NCBI GenBank assembly: GCA_002269645.1
Contig: NIVC01000553.1
Span: 474,260 to 538,259 of the forward strand
Source of the DNA: Macrostomum lignano
Lineage: Eukaryota
Direction: 5' to 3'
Length of the DNA: 64,000 nucleotides
How positions within the stretch are numbered: the stretch's first letter is position 1; each line of letters opens with the position of its first letter. Position numbers and translations under genes: made by a program. A model generated the notes under the pieces. It worked only from the letters and a program-made list of their open reading frames with translations. It searched no databases and was not told where the DNA came from. Shown piece after piece: positions 23,702-34,700 of the stretch.

Positions 23702-24622
23702 TCAGCTTAGGGCCCAGTTAAGCATGCTGGCAGCACCGGCAATGGGACTCGTCACCACAGCGCCAACGGCGCTCCCAGTGTCGGACAGAAGCTGAGTCAC
23801 CGGTCCGTAACCTCGACGGCATTGCTGAACCTGATCCATGGCAGATCTTCTGCTGTTGTCCATCTCCCGTCTCATACAATCCGCTTCGGCTTTCATTTGG
23901 GCCACCTGAATTCTCATCTGAGTCGTCTCTTCATCTTTCTGCTGTTGCTTCCTCTCAGCCTCTTTCTTCTTTGCTTTTTGCTTCTTTGTCTGAGCGTCCA
24001 AGTCTTTTTGTGAGTACTTCTGCGGATTATGTTTGCTAACCTCGTCTACCAGGCTCAGCAAGGCAGCCACCTGCCTCTCTTTGAACTCTTCATCACATTC
24101 ATCGCCATTGTCCATCAGGACGTATCGGTCTCCGAACTTGTTCAACAACTCGTTCAGCCCCGGAATCGAGGCTCGGCCTTTGTCCAAAATCTCCTTGAAT
24201 TTGTTGACGTCCTTTTTGAATTTTCCGCCGTGGCTGAAAACAACAATGGCTCTCTTGTGCGACTCGGGACCGAAGACGTCCACAGACTGCTGGATAGCTC
24301 TGTACTCTTCGTCGGTGAATCGAGAGTCTGCGCGGAGCACGATGAAGAAGGCGTCAACCCCATTTGGACAGTTGTTCAGAGCGTTCAGCAGTTCCTTCTC
24401 CGGCATGGTAGGGTCCTTCACGTCCATGGTGCCTGGTGTATCGACTATAATTAGCAGGCGACCCCGGGTAACTTTCATTCGACCCTGACAATCCTTGGTC
24501 TCCGAGTCGAAGCCATAACCGACTTTAAATTCGAAGTCGCCATTCAGAGCGTTGGCTAGGGAGCTTTTGCCAGAGCCAGTCTTGCCGATCAGGACAGCTG
24601 TTGTGGGCGCTGCAGTTGCCAT
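23702..24622 (-). CDS. GIMAP: AIG1/GIMAP (IAN) family GTPase, 306 aa, uninterrupted CDS
   Basis: G1 GKTGSGKS, G2 SETKDC, G3 VDTPG, conserved RFTDEE, C-terminal coiled coil; probable 5'UTR intron 24712-24637. Confidence 0.92.
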   Translation of the reverse strand: MATAAPTTAVLIGKTGSGKSSLANALNGDFEFKVGYGFDSETKDCQGRMKVTRGRLLIIVDTPGTMDVKDPTMPEKELLNALNNCPNGVDAFFIVLRADSRFTDEEYRAIQQSVDVFGPESHKRAIVVFSHGGKFKKDVNKFKEILDKGRASIPGLNELLNKFGDRYVLMDNGDECDEEFKERQVAALLSLVDEVSKHNPQKYSQKDLDAQTKKQKAKKKEAERKQQQKDEETTQMRIQVAQMKAEADCMRREMDNSRRSAMDQVQQCRRGYGPVTQLLSDTGSAVGAVVTSPIAGAASMLNWALS

Positions 24623-24814
24623 AGCGAAATATTAGCCTACAATGTGCAAGCGGTTTACCAATAATTATTTAACCAATTAAGAGCTTGCTGCGTGCAAAAG
24701 CAGGTGATTTACCTGTAACAATTTTCAACAGTCTGAAAGAAACCAATCCAAGATACGAGCGAATCTCTTCCGATGTGCTGATGCGACAATGGAAGCGGCC
24801 GTCGGTCCTACCTG

Positions 24815-24849
24815 TATTTATAGTGTCAAAAGAAGCGAACACTATAAAT
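24815..24849 (-). promoter_or_regulatory. TATA-like box (TATAAATA) upstream of GIMAP within an 11-bp-stem inverted repeat
   Basis: Reverse complement of 24815-24822 is TATAAATA; ATTTATAGTGT (24816-24826) pairs with ACACTATAAAT (24839-24849). Confidence 0.4.
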
Positions 24850-25295
24850 CAGGTACCACAATAACAGATTCGGTTTGATAAAGAAGGCACTAAAAATGAT
24901 GGCGCTAGTTGGAGGTTCGAAGTTCCCTTTCTAAAAATACCGCAAATATTTTCAACTGTCATGTCAGTACAGCCGATGTGCGCAGGTACTCGTAAACACT
25001 GAATCAGGTACCACAATAACAGATTCAGTTCGATAAAGAAGGCCCCAAAATTAATGGCGCTAATTGGAGCTTCGAAGTTCCCTTTCTAAAAATAACCGCA
25101 AATATTCAACTGTCATGTCAGTACAGCCGATGTGCGCAGGTACTCGTAAACACTGAATCAGGTACCACAATAACAGATTCGGTTCGATAAAGAAGGCCCC
25201 AAAATTAATGGCGCTAATTGGAGCTTCGAAGTTCCCTTTCTAAAAATACCGCAAATATTTTCAACTGTCATGTCAGCACAGCCGATGTGCGCAGA
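24838..25295. repeat. Three tandem copies of an approximately 155-bp unit upstream of GIMAP
   Basis: AACACT..AATCAGGTACCACAATAACAGATTC recurs near 24838, 24995 and 25149. Confidence 0.9.
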
Positions 25296-25390
25296 CGGCA
25301 TCATTTTCAGCATGTGGACTCTCTCTCACCCTGAGAGAGTTGTTATTTTAACCGACAAAAAAAAAACAGTGCAGCTCAGAGGTAAACACA

Positions 25391-25560
25391 TTATCTGGGG
25401 TAATTGAGGTGCGTATGGCGACCCCCCTCCCCCCAGTCCTTGGACTGAACAACCGTACGCAGCCTTCAGATGCCCGCTGCGCAATAGCTGCGGCTGAGCT
25501 GTCCGTTGGACATCTGCCGTCATCTGGTCATTAGTAGGGCGGGTGTAATAAATTATTATC
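25391..25560 (+). mobile_element. SINE/LINE-tail-like dispersed repeat, family B, copy 2
   Basis: Homologous to 6781-6975; ends GGGCGGGTGTAATAAATTATTAT. Confidence 0.7.
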
Positions 25561-25657
25561 TCTCAATTATCAAACATGAATCAGTTATAATATATAATAA
25601 TAATTATTACACATTCATTCATTCGGATTCATAAAAGCGTTTATATTTTTACACTAT

Positions 25658-26561
25658 GGGCCGTATGAATAAAACGTAAGAAAATCTTTAAAGATTATCT
25701 TTCGAGCCAAGAATTTCTTTAAAGAAATTCTTTTCCGGCAAGAAAATCTGTTGGAGAAAATCTTACGAGTCAAGATATTCTAGAAAAGACATGAATAAAA
25801 GTTTCTCGGCTCGTGAGATTTTCTCGGCGACTGCCACTTGGCTGAAAGTTGTCTAGGGCCCAAACCAAGATGTCGATGACGTGGAATCGACGGCCGTCTC
25901 CTCAGGCTTGGGCGCAGCCCATGCTGTGTCTATGGCTAAAACCACGTGAACACCGAAAATCTGTCCAGAAAAATCCTACTAGAAAGTGGCAAAATCCATG
26001 TGGAGTTTACCTGAACATCAGGTGACAGGAAAGTCACTTTGCTTTGAAATTTTACCCTGAGATTGAGCGTCCTGGTACCGCAGCGTGATCTCCATCTTCT
26101 GTTTCGGTGTCAGCGCACCGCCCCTTGTCTCGGAAGTATGTCCTAGGAAGTGCGTTGTCAGAAAGGTCACGTGATCCTCAGTGAATCGATGAAGCTGTCT
26201 ATATGTCTCCACTGGAGTGGCCTGTCGGGGCAGGTACTCCTTGGTCTTTCTGATCTGAAGGAACATCTCGTGTCTCGTGTTATGGGCGCTGAAGATTCGC
26301 TTGAGCCAGAGAAAGAGTTGCTCGCATAAAACTCAAGTGTCGGCTCTCTCGGCGAGGAAATCACGTCTTTTATTCATCAGAAAGCAAGAAAATCTTTTCC
26401 TCGTGAGATTTTCTTGCCGAGCAAATCTTTTCTTGTGAAAGCTCGAGATTTTCTTGGCGAGAAAATCTTGCAAGAAACTCGCAGTTTTTTATTCTTATAA
26501 ACGCAAGAAATTCTTGGATTTCTTGCAAGAAAAAAATTTCTTTTTTTTATTCATACGGCCC
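25658..26561 (-). mobile_element. Internally deleted PIF/Harbinger DNA transposon (904 bp)
   Basis: Perfect 17-bp TIRs GGGCCGTATGAATAAAA / TTTTATTCATACGGCCC, 3-bp TSD TAT on both sides, and a HARBI1-like N-terminal remnant (YRQLHRF...RGGALTPKQKMEITLRY, 26266-26070). Confidence 0.85.
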
Positions 26562-26733
26562 TATGTTCTTCAGCCAGTAGCATTTAGCAACCAGAAACGC
26601 TTGCTGAGTTTTGACCATAGACCTCGGCAGACGAGCACTCTTCTTCATTGACCTTCCTTCTTCCGTGTGCTCGAGGCTCGTGCGTTTCAATCCCTCGGTG
26701 TCAACACGCCTTTAAAGAAAACTACGGTACACG

Positions 26734-29700
26734 ATGAACGTTAACTGTCCTCCGCCTGAACTGCCCGACATGAACAGATTGTGTCGCATGGATTTCTGCC
26801 AAGCCTGCGACCTGTTCCCCGTCGACATGGGCATCGACGTCGGCCCGCTGCAGGCTCGAATCAACGAGTGCAAGCGCCGGTACCACCGGGAGGTCTGGAA
26901 GATTCTCTGTGACGGAGTCGATGGGATAGAAGACCAGGAGGCGGGCGCCAAGGACGGCAAGAGTGGCGCAGTCAAGGAATCGGACAGAAGCGCCCGAGGC
27001 GGCGCCGGAAAGGCGAAGTTTGCCGGCGCCGGGAGGCCGGGCTTCGGCCACTTGGAACTAGACGGCGACAGGCGAGACGGAAGAGCGGTCAGAAACCAGG
27101 AGGACTTTGAAGACATTCTCAAGGATTTGGACGCGGTGAGATTTCCGGGTTGGAATTGATTTCTATCTACTTGAACTGACTGTAGTTAATATTACAGTGA
27201 AACCCGTTGCTATATCCTATAGCTCCTTAGCAACCATCCCGCTTGATCCAAGCTCCTTAGCAACTATCCCCGCTTGATCCAAGCTCCTTAGCAACCCTCC
27301 AGCTTGATCCAAGCTCCTTAGCAACCATCCCCGCTTGATCCAAGCTCCTTAGCAACTATCCCCGCTTGATCCAAGCTCCTTAGCAACCCTCCAGCTTGAT
27401 CCAAGCTCCTTAGCAACCATCCCCGCTTGATCCAAGCTCGTTAGCAACCATCCCCGCTTGATCCAAGCTCTTTAGCAACCACCCCGCTTGATTCAAGCTC
27501 TTTAGAAACCACCCCCGCTTGATCCAAGCTCTTTAGAAACCATCCCCGCTTGATCCAAGCTCCTTAGCAACCATCCAAGATTGATCCAAACTCTTTAGCA
27601 ACCACCCCCGCTTGATTCAAGCTCCTTAGCAACCACCCCTGCTTGTCCAAGCTCTTTAGAAACCATCCTCGCTTGATCCAAGCGCCTTAGCAACCATCCG
27701 AGATTGATCCAAACTCTTTAGCAACCACCCCCGCTTGATTCAAGCTCCTTAGCAACCACCCCTGCTTGTCCAAGCTCCTTAGCAACCACCCCTGCTTGTC
27801 CAAGCTCCTTAGCAACCACCCCTGCTTGTCCAAGCTCCTTAGCAACCACCCCTGCTTGTCCAAGCTCCTTAGCAACCACCCCTGCTTGTCCAAGCTCCTT
27901 AGCAACCACCCCTGCTTGTCCAAGCTCTATAGCAACCATCCCCGCTTAATCCAAGCTCCTTAGCAACCATCCGAGATCGATCCAAGCGCTTTAGCAACCA
28001 TCCCCGCTTGATCCAAGCTCCTTAGCAACCATCCGAGATTGATCAAAGTCCCATAGCAACCATCTCATATTGATCCAAGTCCCTTAGCAACCATCACCGC
28101 TTGATCCAAGCTCCTTAGCAACCATCGAAATCGATATGAATTCCTTAACAACCATAACAACTGTTTTTTTCAATATTTATGTCCTTAGCAATCATTTAAT
28201 TATGTCACCATGGCAGCTAGTCAAGCCTCATCTAAAACGCCCTAGCAACCACCTGTCTCCTCATTTCCTCAGCGCACGGAAGATACCACCAAAAAGAGAG
28301 AAAACAGGAACAACAAATCGCGACCGCCCCCAAGGAAGCTCAACAACCAGTCGAACTCGACCGACTCGCCAGCCTCGAGCTCTCGTCGCCGTCCACGCAG
28401 TCGCTCTGTCGGGGGCGTCCCTGCCAGCGGAAACGCGACCAAAGACGGCATGGCGTGGCTGCCCATTCAGGCCGAACTGCAGAAACTCCGCAGTTCGCTA
28501 GCGGCCGCCGCTGCTCTGGCCGCAACCGCCACTGCGGCTACAAAATCTTGCCGGCGTAACAAAACTCGAAGCGACGACTTTGACGACAGCAAGGGTGACG
28601 ACGGCGAGAAGGACATTGGCGAGTTGGTTGAAGAGACCACCCTGACGGGTGAAAGTCGATCTGAGCCTCAACGGGGACAAACGCTGGTGGTCACGGTGAG
28701 GGATAGGAATCCGGGATAGGGATCTGGGATAGGGATCTGGGATAGGGATCTGGTATAGGGATCTGGTATAGGGATCTGGTATAGGGATCTGGGATAGGGA
28801 TCTGGGATAGGGATCTGGGATAGGGATCTGGGATAGGGATCTGTGATAGGGATCTGGGATAGGGATCTGGGATAGGGATCTGGGATAGGGATCTGGGATA
28901 GGGATCTGGGATAGGGATCTGGGATAGGGATCTGGGATAGGGATCTGGGATAGGGATCTGGGATAGGGATCTGGGATAGGGATCTGTGATAGGGATCTGG
29001 GATAGGGATCTGGGATAGGGATCTGGGATAGGGATCTGGGATAGGGATCTGGGATAGGGATCTGGGATAGGGATCTGGGATAGGGATCTGGGATAGGGAT
29101 CTGGGATAGGGATCTGGGATAGGGATCTGGGATAGGGATCTGGGATAGGGATCTGGGATAGGGATCTGGGATAGGGATCTGGGATAGGGATCTGGGATAG
29201 ATGGGGTCTGAACAGGATTGGAATTTTACATATGCCTACGTGTTGATGGAAATTTCGGGAACTTTTGTGGCTTAGTCGGGATCTAGGGGAGATCTAAAGT
29301 ATTTAGATAGCATCTGGAGGATCTAGATGGGATCTGGAGGATCTAGATGGGATCTGAAGGATTTACATAGCATCTGGAGGATATAGATGAGTTCTGGAGG
29401 ATTTAGATAGCATCTGGAGGATCTAGATGAGATCTGAAGGATCTAGATGAGATCTGAAGGATTTAGATAGCATCTGGACGATTTAGATAGCATCTGGAGG
29501 ATTTAGATAGCATCTGGAGGATTTAGATAGCATCTGGAGGATTTAGATAGCATCTGGACGATTTAGATAGCATCTGGAGGATTTAGATAGCATCTGGAGG
29601 ATCTAGTTGATATTAGGAGGATTTAGATGGGATATGGAGGATCTATATGAGATTTGGAGGATCTAGATGGGATCTGGAAAATCTGGATGGGATCTGTAGG

Positions 29701-30642
29701 ATAGAGAATATAGTTTAATAGAATCCGAATAGGAAATCAATGTTATAGGGATCTATGCTTTGATACGAACCTTGGCGATCTAGATGGGATTTTAGTCTGG
29801 GATCTGAGGTGGGATTAGAGATCTGGGATAGGGATCTGGGATAGGGATCTGGGATAGGGATCTGGGATAGGGATCTGGGATAGGGATCTGGGATAGGGAT
29901 CTGTGATAGGGATCTGGGATAGGGATCTGGGATGGGGATCTAGGATAGGGATCTGGGATAGGGATCTGGGATAGGGATCTGGGATAGGGATCTGTGATAG
30001 GGATCTGGGATAGGGATCTGGGATAGGGATCTGGGATAGGGATCTGTGATAGGGATCTGGGATAGGGATCTGTGATAGGGATCTGGGATAGGGATCTGGG
30101 ATAGGGATCTGGGATAGGGATCTGGGATAGGGATCTGGGATAGGGATCTGGGATAGGGATCTTGATGCGCATTAAAATCTAGGTAGCTGTGCAGATAGGA
30201 ACCAACTAGGGGACCATTGCTCAACCCCCCTGACCAACCCCCGCAGCTGACACTCAACTCAGAGAATCGCACAGTGGCCGCCTGCTCCAGCACAGCCAGC
30301 TTCCGCACCGACACGGCGACCTCATCGGCCCCAATGCGAATATCCAGCTCCGCTCCGACGGCAGGAACTGCTCTGAGACCAGCCACTGCACTGAGGTCAG
30401 CCACCACCACAACAGACAGCGGTACTCCAACTCGTTCGACAACTTCCAATTCGAAGCGTCAAGTTCGTTCAGAAATTTCTTTTAGTAGCAGCAAAATTCG
30501 CAGCAACGGCAGCGGTGCGTTGGGACGCGCAACAAAATCGGCTGGGGCGGCGGCCACGACGGTAGCGGGATCAAAGTCTGAGACAATTAAAAGTTCGCTG
30601 AATGAGCAAACTTCCAACGAGATAAGAATCAGTGAGCAGTGA
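26734..30642 (+). CDS. Hypothetical protein, 3 exons, about 406 aa, Ser/Thr/Ala-rich C-terminus
   Basis: Exons 26734-27135 (GCG|GTGAGA), 28273-28695 (ACG|GTGAGG) and 30247-30642, all phase 0 with pyrimidine-rich acceptors. No family recognised. Confidence 0.7.
27218..28125. repeat. 30/31-bp minisatellite (CCAAGCTCCTTAGCAACCATCCCCGCTTGAT)
   Basis: Tandem copies in an intron. Confidence 0.93.
28710..30162. repeat. 13-bp minisatellite (GGGATAGGGATCT) in two blocks around a 20-bp minisatellite (TAGATAGCATCTGGAGGATT)
   Basis: 13-mer at 28710-29200 and 29818-30162; 20-mer at 29280-29700. Confidence 0.93.
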
Positions 30643-30957
30643 ATTTTTGTAGTGAGTTTTTTGAGTCTAAGTGTAGCATGAATTCAAGTATATCCGTAGT
30701 AAGTTCGCGCACTACTACTTGCAGTCTGCATTTCTGCGTCTTTGATGACAAATTTTCTTTGCTTATCAATTTAAAAATCCTATTTCACAATATAGGTCCT
30801 TATGTTTTTAGAATACTACTTAGTAAAGTAACTAAAAGTAGAAATTAAGGGCTTTGCATGTGTTTTTAGACTAAAAGAGAAAATATTTTTGTCAGTTTTT
30901 ATAGAATCGTAAATACGCTCGTATTACAGAAGAATGGTTTGGACGGAGTGGGCTATG

Positions 30958-31350
30958 GATTGGTGTGGGTTGGTTAGGGTTGATTGTGGAGTAGTGTGGG
31001 TTGGTTAGGGTTGATTGTGGAGTAGTGTGGGTTGGTTAGGGTTGATTGTGGAGTAGTGTGGGTTGGTTAGGGTGGATTGTAGATTGGTGTGGGTTGGTCA
31101 GAGTGGATTGTAGATTGGTGTGGGTTGGTCAGAGTGGATTGTAGATTGGTGTGGGTTGGTCAGAGTGGATTGTAGATTGGTGTGGGTTGGTCAGAGTGGA
31201 TTGTGGATTGGTGTGGGTTGGTCAGAGTGGATTGTGGATTGGTGTGGGTTGGTCAGAGTGGATTGTAGATTGGTGTGGGTTGGTCAGAGTGGATTGTGGA
31301 TTGGTGTGGGTTGGTCAGAGTGGATTGTGGATTGGTGTGGGTTGGTCAGA
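30958..31350. repeat. 31-bp minisatellite (GATTGTGGATTGGTGTGGGTTGGTCAGAGTG)
   Basis: Tandem copies. Confidence 0.92.
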
Positions 31351-31710
31351 GTGCATCATAGTGGGGTCAGAAGCATTGAAGCTGAGACAATTCAACAGCC
31401 ATCGACAATGCAACGGTTGAACTTTTGCAATAATTCCGTTGAAAAAAATTCTTTTTTGAACCAGCTTCTATTCATAATTCATGCATAGGGAAAGGCAATG
31501 TTGAGCTGCGAATTTGCTATGTTAACTTTCTAAAAATATGCACCAAGCATTATGAGTCCGGCACTATGTTTATTGCCAAACAGAAAGAGAGACGGAGAGA
31601 AAGGCTTTGGCACTCGTCAGATTGCCCTGCCAACAACAGCCTCCTCAGCTGCCCGCCTTCATCTCTGCTTTCCATAATCTACACACGCGCGCGCGGCACC
31701 TCTGCCCCCT

Positions 31711-34700
31711 GCCTCATCAGAGACTTCCCTATTGGATCTCATGGGATCCTCTCCAGGTCCTGCCCGGGGCAGCAACGGTGTTCACCCTTCACCGGATGGC
31801 GGAGGCTGGGGGCGAGACCCAGAGCCCATTCAAGCGATTGGGGCAGCAGGTTATAAAAATAGATCTTTTTTTCTAGCAGGACCGAGAAGCCACAGCCAAG
31901 CCTTCCTAGCAGCTTTCGTAGAAGCTTGAAGCCTAAAATCGTAGCAGGACAAAAACTGGCAATGAATTGACTATAAAGTTACAAATACTATCCATTGCTG
32001 ACTTATCAATAAGAATACCTGAAGTGGAAATGTTCTCCACTTTTTCTGGTGGCCGACGCTACCCGGGCTCAATTTCGCACCGGCACAAGCACGTGACCTT
32101 CGGCAAAGTTGCCATCGGGGTTGCCAAGGGCACCGCCATGATTGGTGAGTGAGGGGGGCATTGTTGTTGACTGGCTTGGAAATCTCTGCGACTCTCATCT
32201 CTCTCTCATCTGTCGGAACCTCATCTCATCTCTGCCTCTCTATATCTCTTGCTCTCTCTGAATCTCATCTTTCCATCCCTCAAATAATCCCAGATCTCAA
32301 TCCCAGAATCTCATGTCTCACTCCCAGATCTCATCTCTCCTCTATCTCAGAATTTCATCTCTCAGAATCCATTCTCAGAGTCTCATCTTTCCTTTCTCAG
32401 AATTTCACATCTACCTTCTCAGAATCTTATTTCTCCCTACTCAGAATCTCATCTCTCCCTTCACAGAATTTCATATCTACCTTTTCCGAATCTTATCTCT
32501 CTCTTCTCAGAATCTCATATCTACCTTCTCAGTATTTCATTTCTCTCTTGTCAGAATCTCATTTCTCCCTTGTCAGAATTCTATCTCTCATTTATCTCAG
32601 AATCTCATCTCTCCCTTGTTGGAATTTGATCTCTCCTCTATCTCAGAATCTCATGTCTCACTCCCAAATCTCATCTCTCCTCTATCTTGGAATCTCATCT
32701 CTCCCTACTCAGAATCTCATTTCTCCCTTGTCAGAATCTCCTCTCTCCTATTCTCTTCCTAATTTATCTAATAATTCGGTCAAACCAGTGTTACAAAAAT
32801 CTCAATAAACCCCCCCAAAATGGCCGCATGCAGTGATCGGCGTGCCAGTGTGCACCATAGCCGCGGGATTTCAATAAACCCCCCAAACACCAAAATTGCC
32901 GCATGCAGTGATCGGCGTGCCAGTGTGCACCATAGCCGCGGGATTTCAATAAACCCCCCAAACACCAAAATTGCCGCATGCAGTGATCGGTGTGCCAGTG
33001 TGCACCATAGCCGCGGGATTTCAATAAACCCCCCAAACACCAAAATTGCCGCATGCAGTGATCGGTGTGCCAGTGTGCACCATAGCCGCGGGATTTCAAT
33101 AAACCCCCCAAACACCAAAATTGCCGCATGCAGTGATCGGTGTGCCAGTGTGCACCATAGCCGCGGGATCTCAATAAACCCCCCAAACACCAAAATTGCC
33201 GCATGCAGTGATCGGTGTGCCAGTGTGCACCATAGCCGCGGGCATTGGAGCCACCGCCATAGTGGCCTACGGCCTCGCCAGCCCGTTCTATTACGGCGGC
33301 AAGAAATTAGTGAAGAAAATCCGACGTCGGGTGCGAAAAAAAGAAGAGCTGGAGTGCACGGACCGGCTGACGAGAGAGGACATCCTGGTCTGGCTGGAGA
33401 ACTGCGAGGGAGAGCCGGGTGAGTCCATTGTTGCCGGGTGAAATGGATTTAGGTGAATAGATTAAAGTGAATGGATTAGGGAGAATAGATTAGGGAGAAT
33501 AGATTAGGGAGAATAGATTAGGGAGAATAGATTAGGGAGAATAGATTAGGGAGAATAGATTAGGGAGAATAGATTAGGGTGAATAAATTGGAATGAATAA
33601 ATTAGGGTGACTAGATTAGGGTGACTAGATTAGGGTGAATAGATTAGGGTGACTAGATTAGGGTTAATAGATGAGGGTGAATGGATTAGGGTAATAGATT
33701 AGGGTGAATGGATTAGGGTTAATAGATTAGGGTGAATAGATTAGGGTGACTAGATTAGGGTGAATAGATTAGGGTTAATAGATTAGGGTGAATGGATTAG
33801 GGTGAATCGATTTTGGTGAATAGATTAGGGTGGATAGATTTTGGGGAATATATTAACGTAAATATATTAGGATGAATAGGTTAGGGTTAAAAGATGAGGG
33901 TGAATGGATTAGGGTTAATAGATTAGGGTGAATAGATTAGGGTGAATAGATTAGGGTGAATAGATTAGGGTTAATAGATTAGGGAGAATGGATTAGAGTG
34001 AATAGAATTAGGTGAATAGATTAGGGTGGATAGATTTGGGTGAATAGATTTGGGTGAATAGATTTGGGTGAATAGATTTTGGTGAACAGATTAGAGAGAA
34101 TGAATTAGGGTGAATAGATTAGAGTGGATGGATTTGGAAGAATGGATTTGGTTTTGCCCTCAATTGACCTCATGAATTAAAGCACGTGATGCGAGACACA
34201 AAGAGAGCGATCGTGCGTGAACGCTGGCAAGAAATTGTATCCGGATCCGATATTTACAATTCCAGCTTCCATTTCAAAGACTGCTGCACCAGTTAGTCAT
34301 AGGTTAGTGATAGAACTGTATCATTAGCAGTCAAAAAGTCATCTGCATCCTCTTTTCGTACATCTTTCTGGAATTTCCCTGAAAGAGTTTCTCGATAGAC
34401 ATTTTCCCTACTTTGGCCGATATTTATCGAAAGATAACTTAATGAATCGTAAAAATAGCATTGAATTGTGGACTTTATTAAGTGAGCTAACAAATTGCTT
34501 GATTACTAAAAAGTATATCAATAGTCGATTGTTCATCTTGAGCCTAGCAACTAGCACTCGTACTCCAGGTCCAAATGCATGCAGTGAATGCAATCAGTAG
34601 GCCTTGGTAACTCTTGGCAACTCTCTTTTTGTACTTTGTGACAGGCTTTTTTATTAGAGGCCTCCTGGCGCACTTTAAGCGATATTGTCACACAACCGGC

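Noticed and set aside
33455-34150. TTAGGG-containing repeats as interstitial telomere (also 40730-41140)
   Set aside because: TTAGGG occurs once per longer unit, never as tandem hexamers
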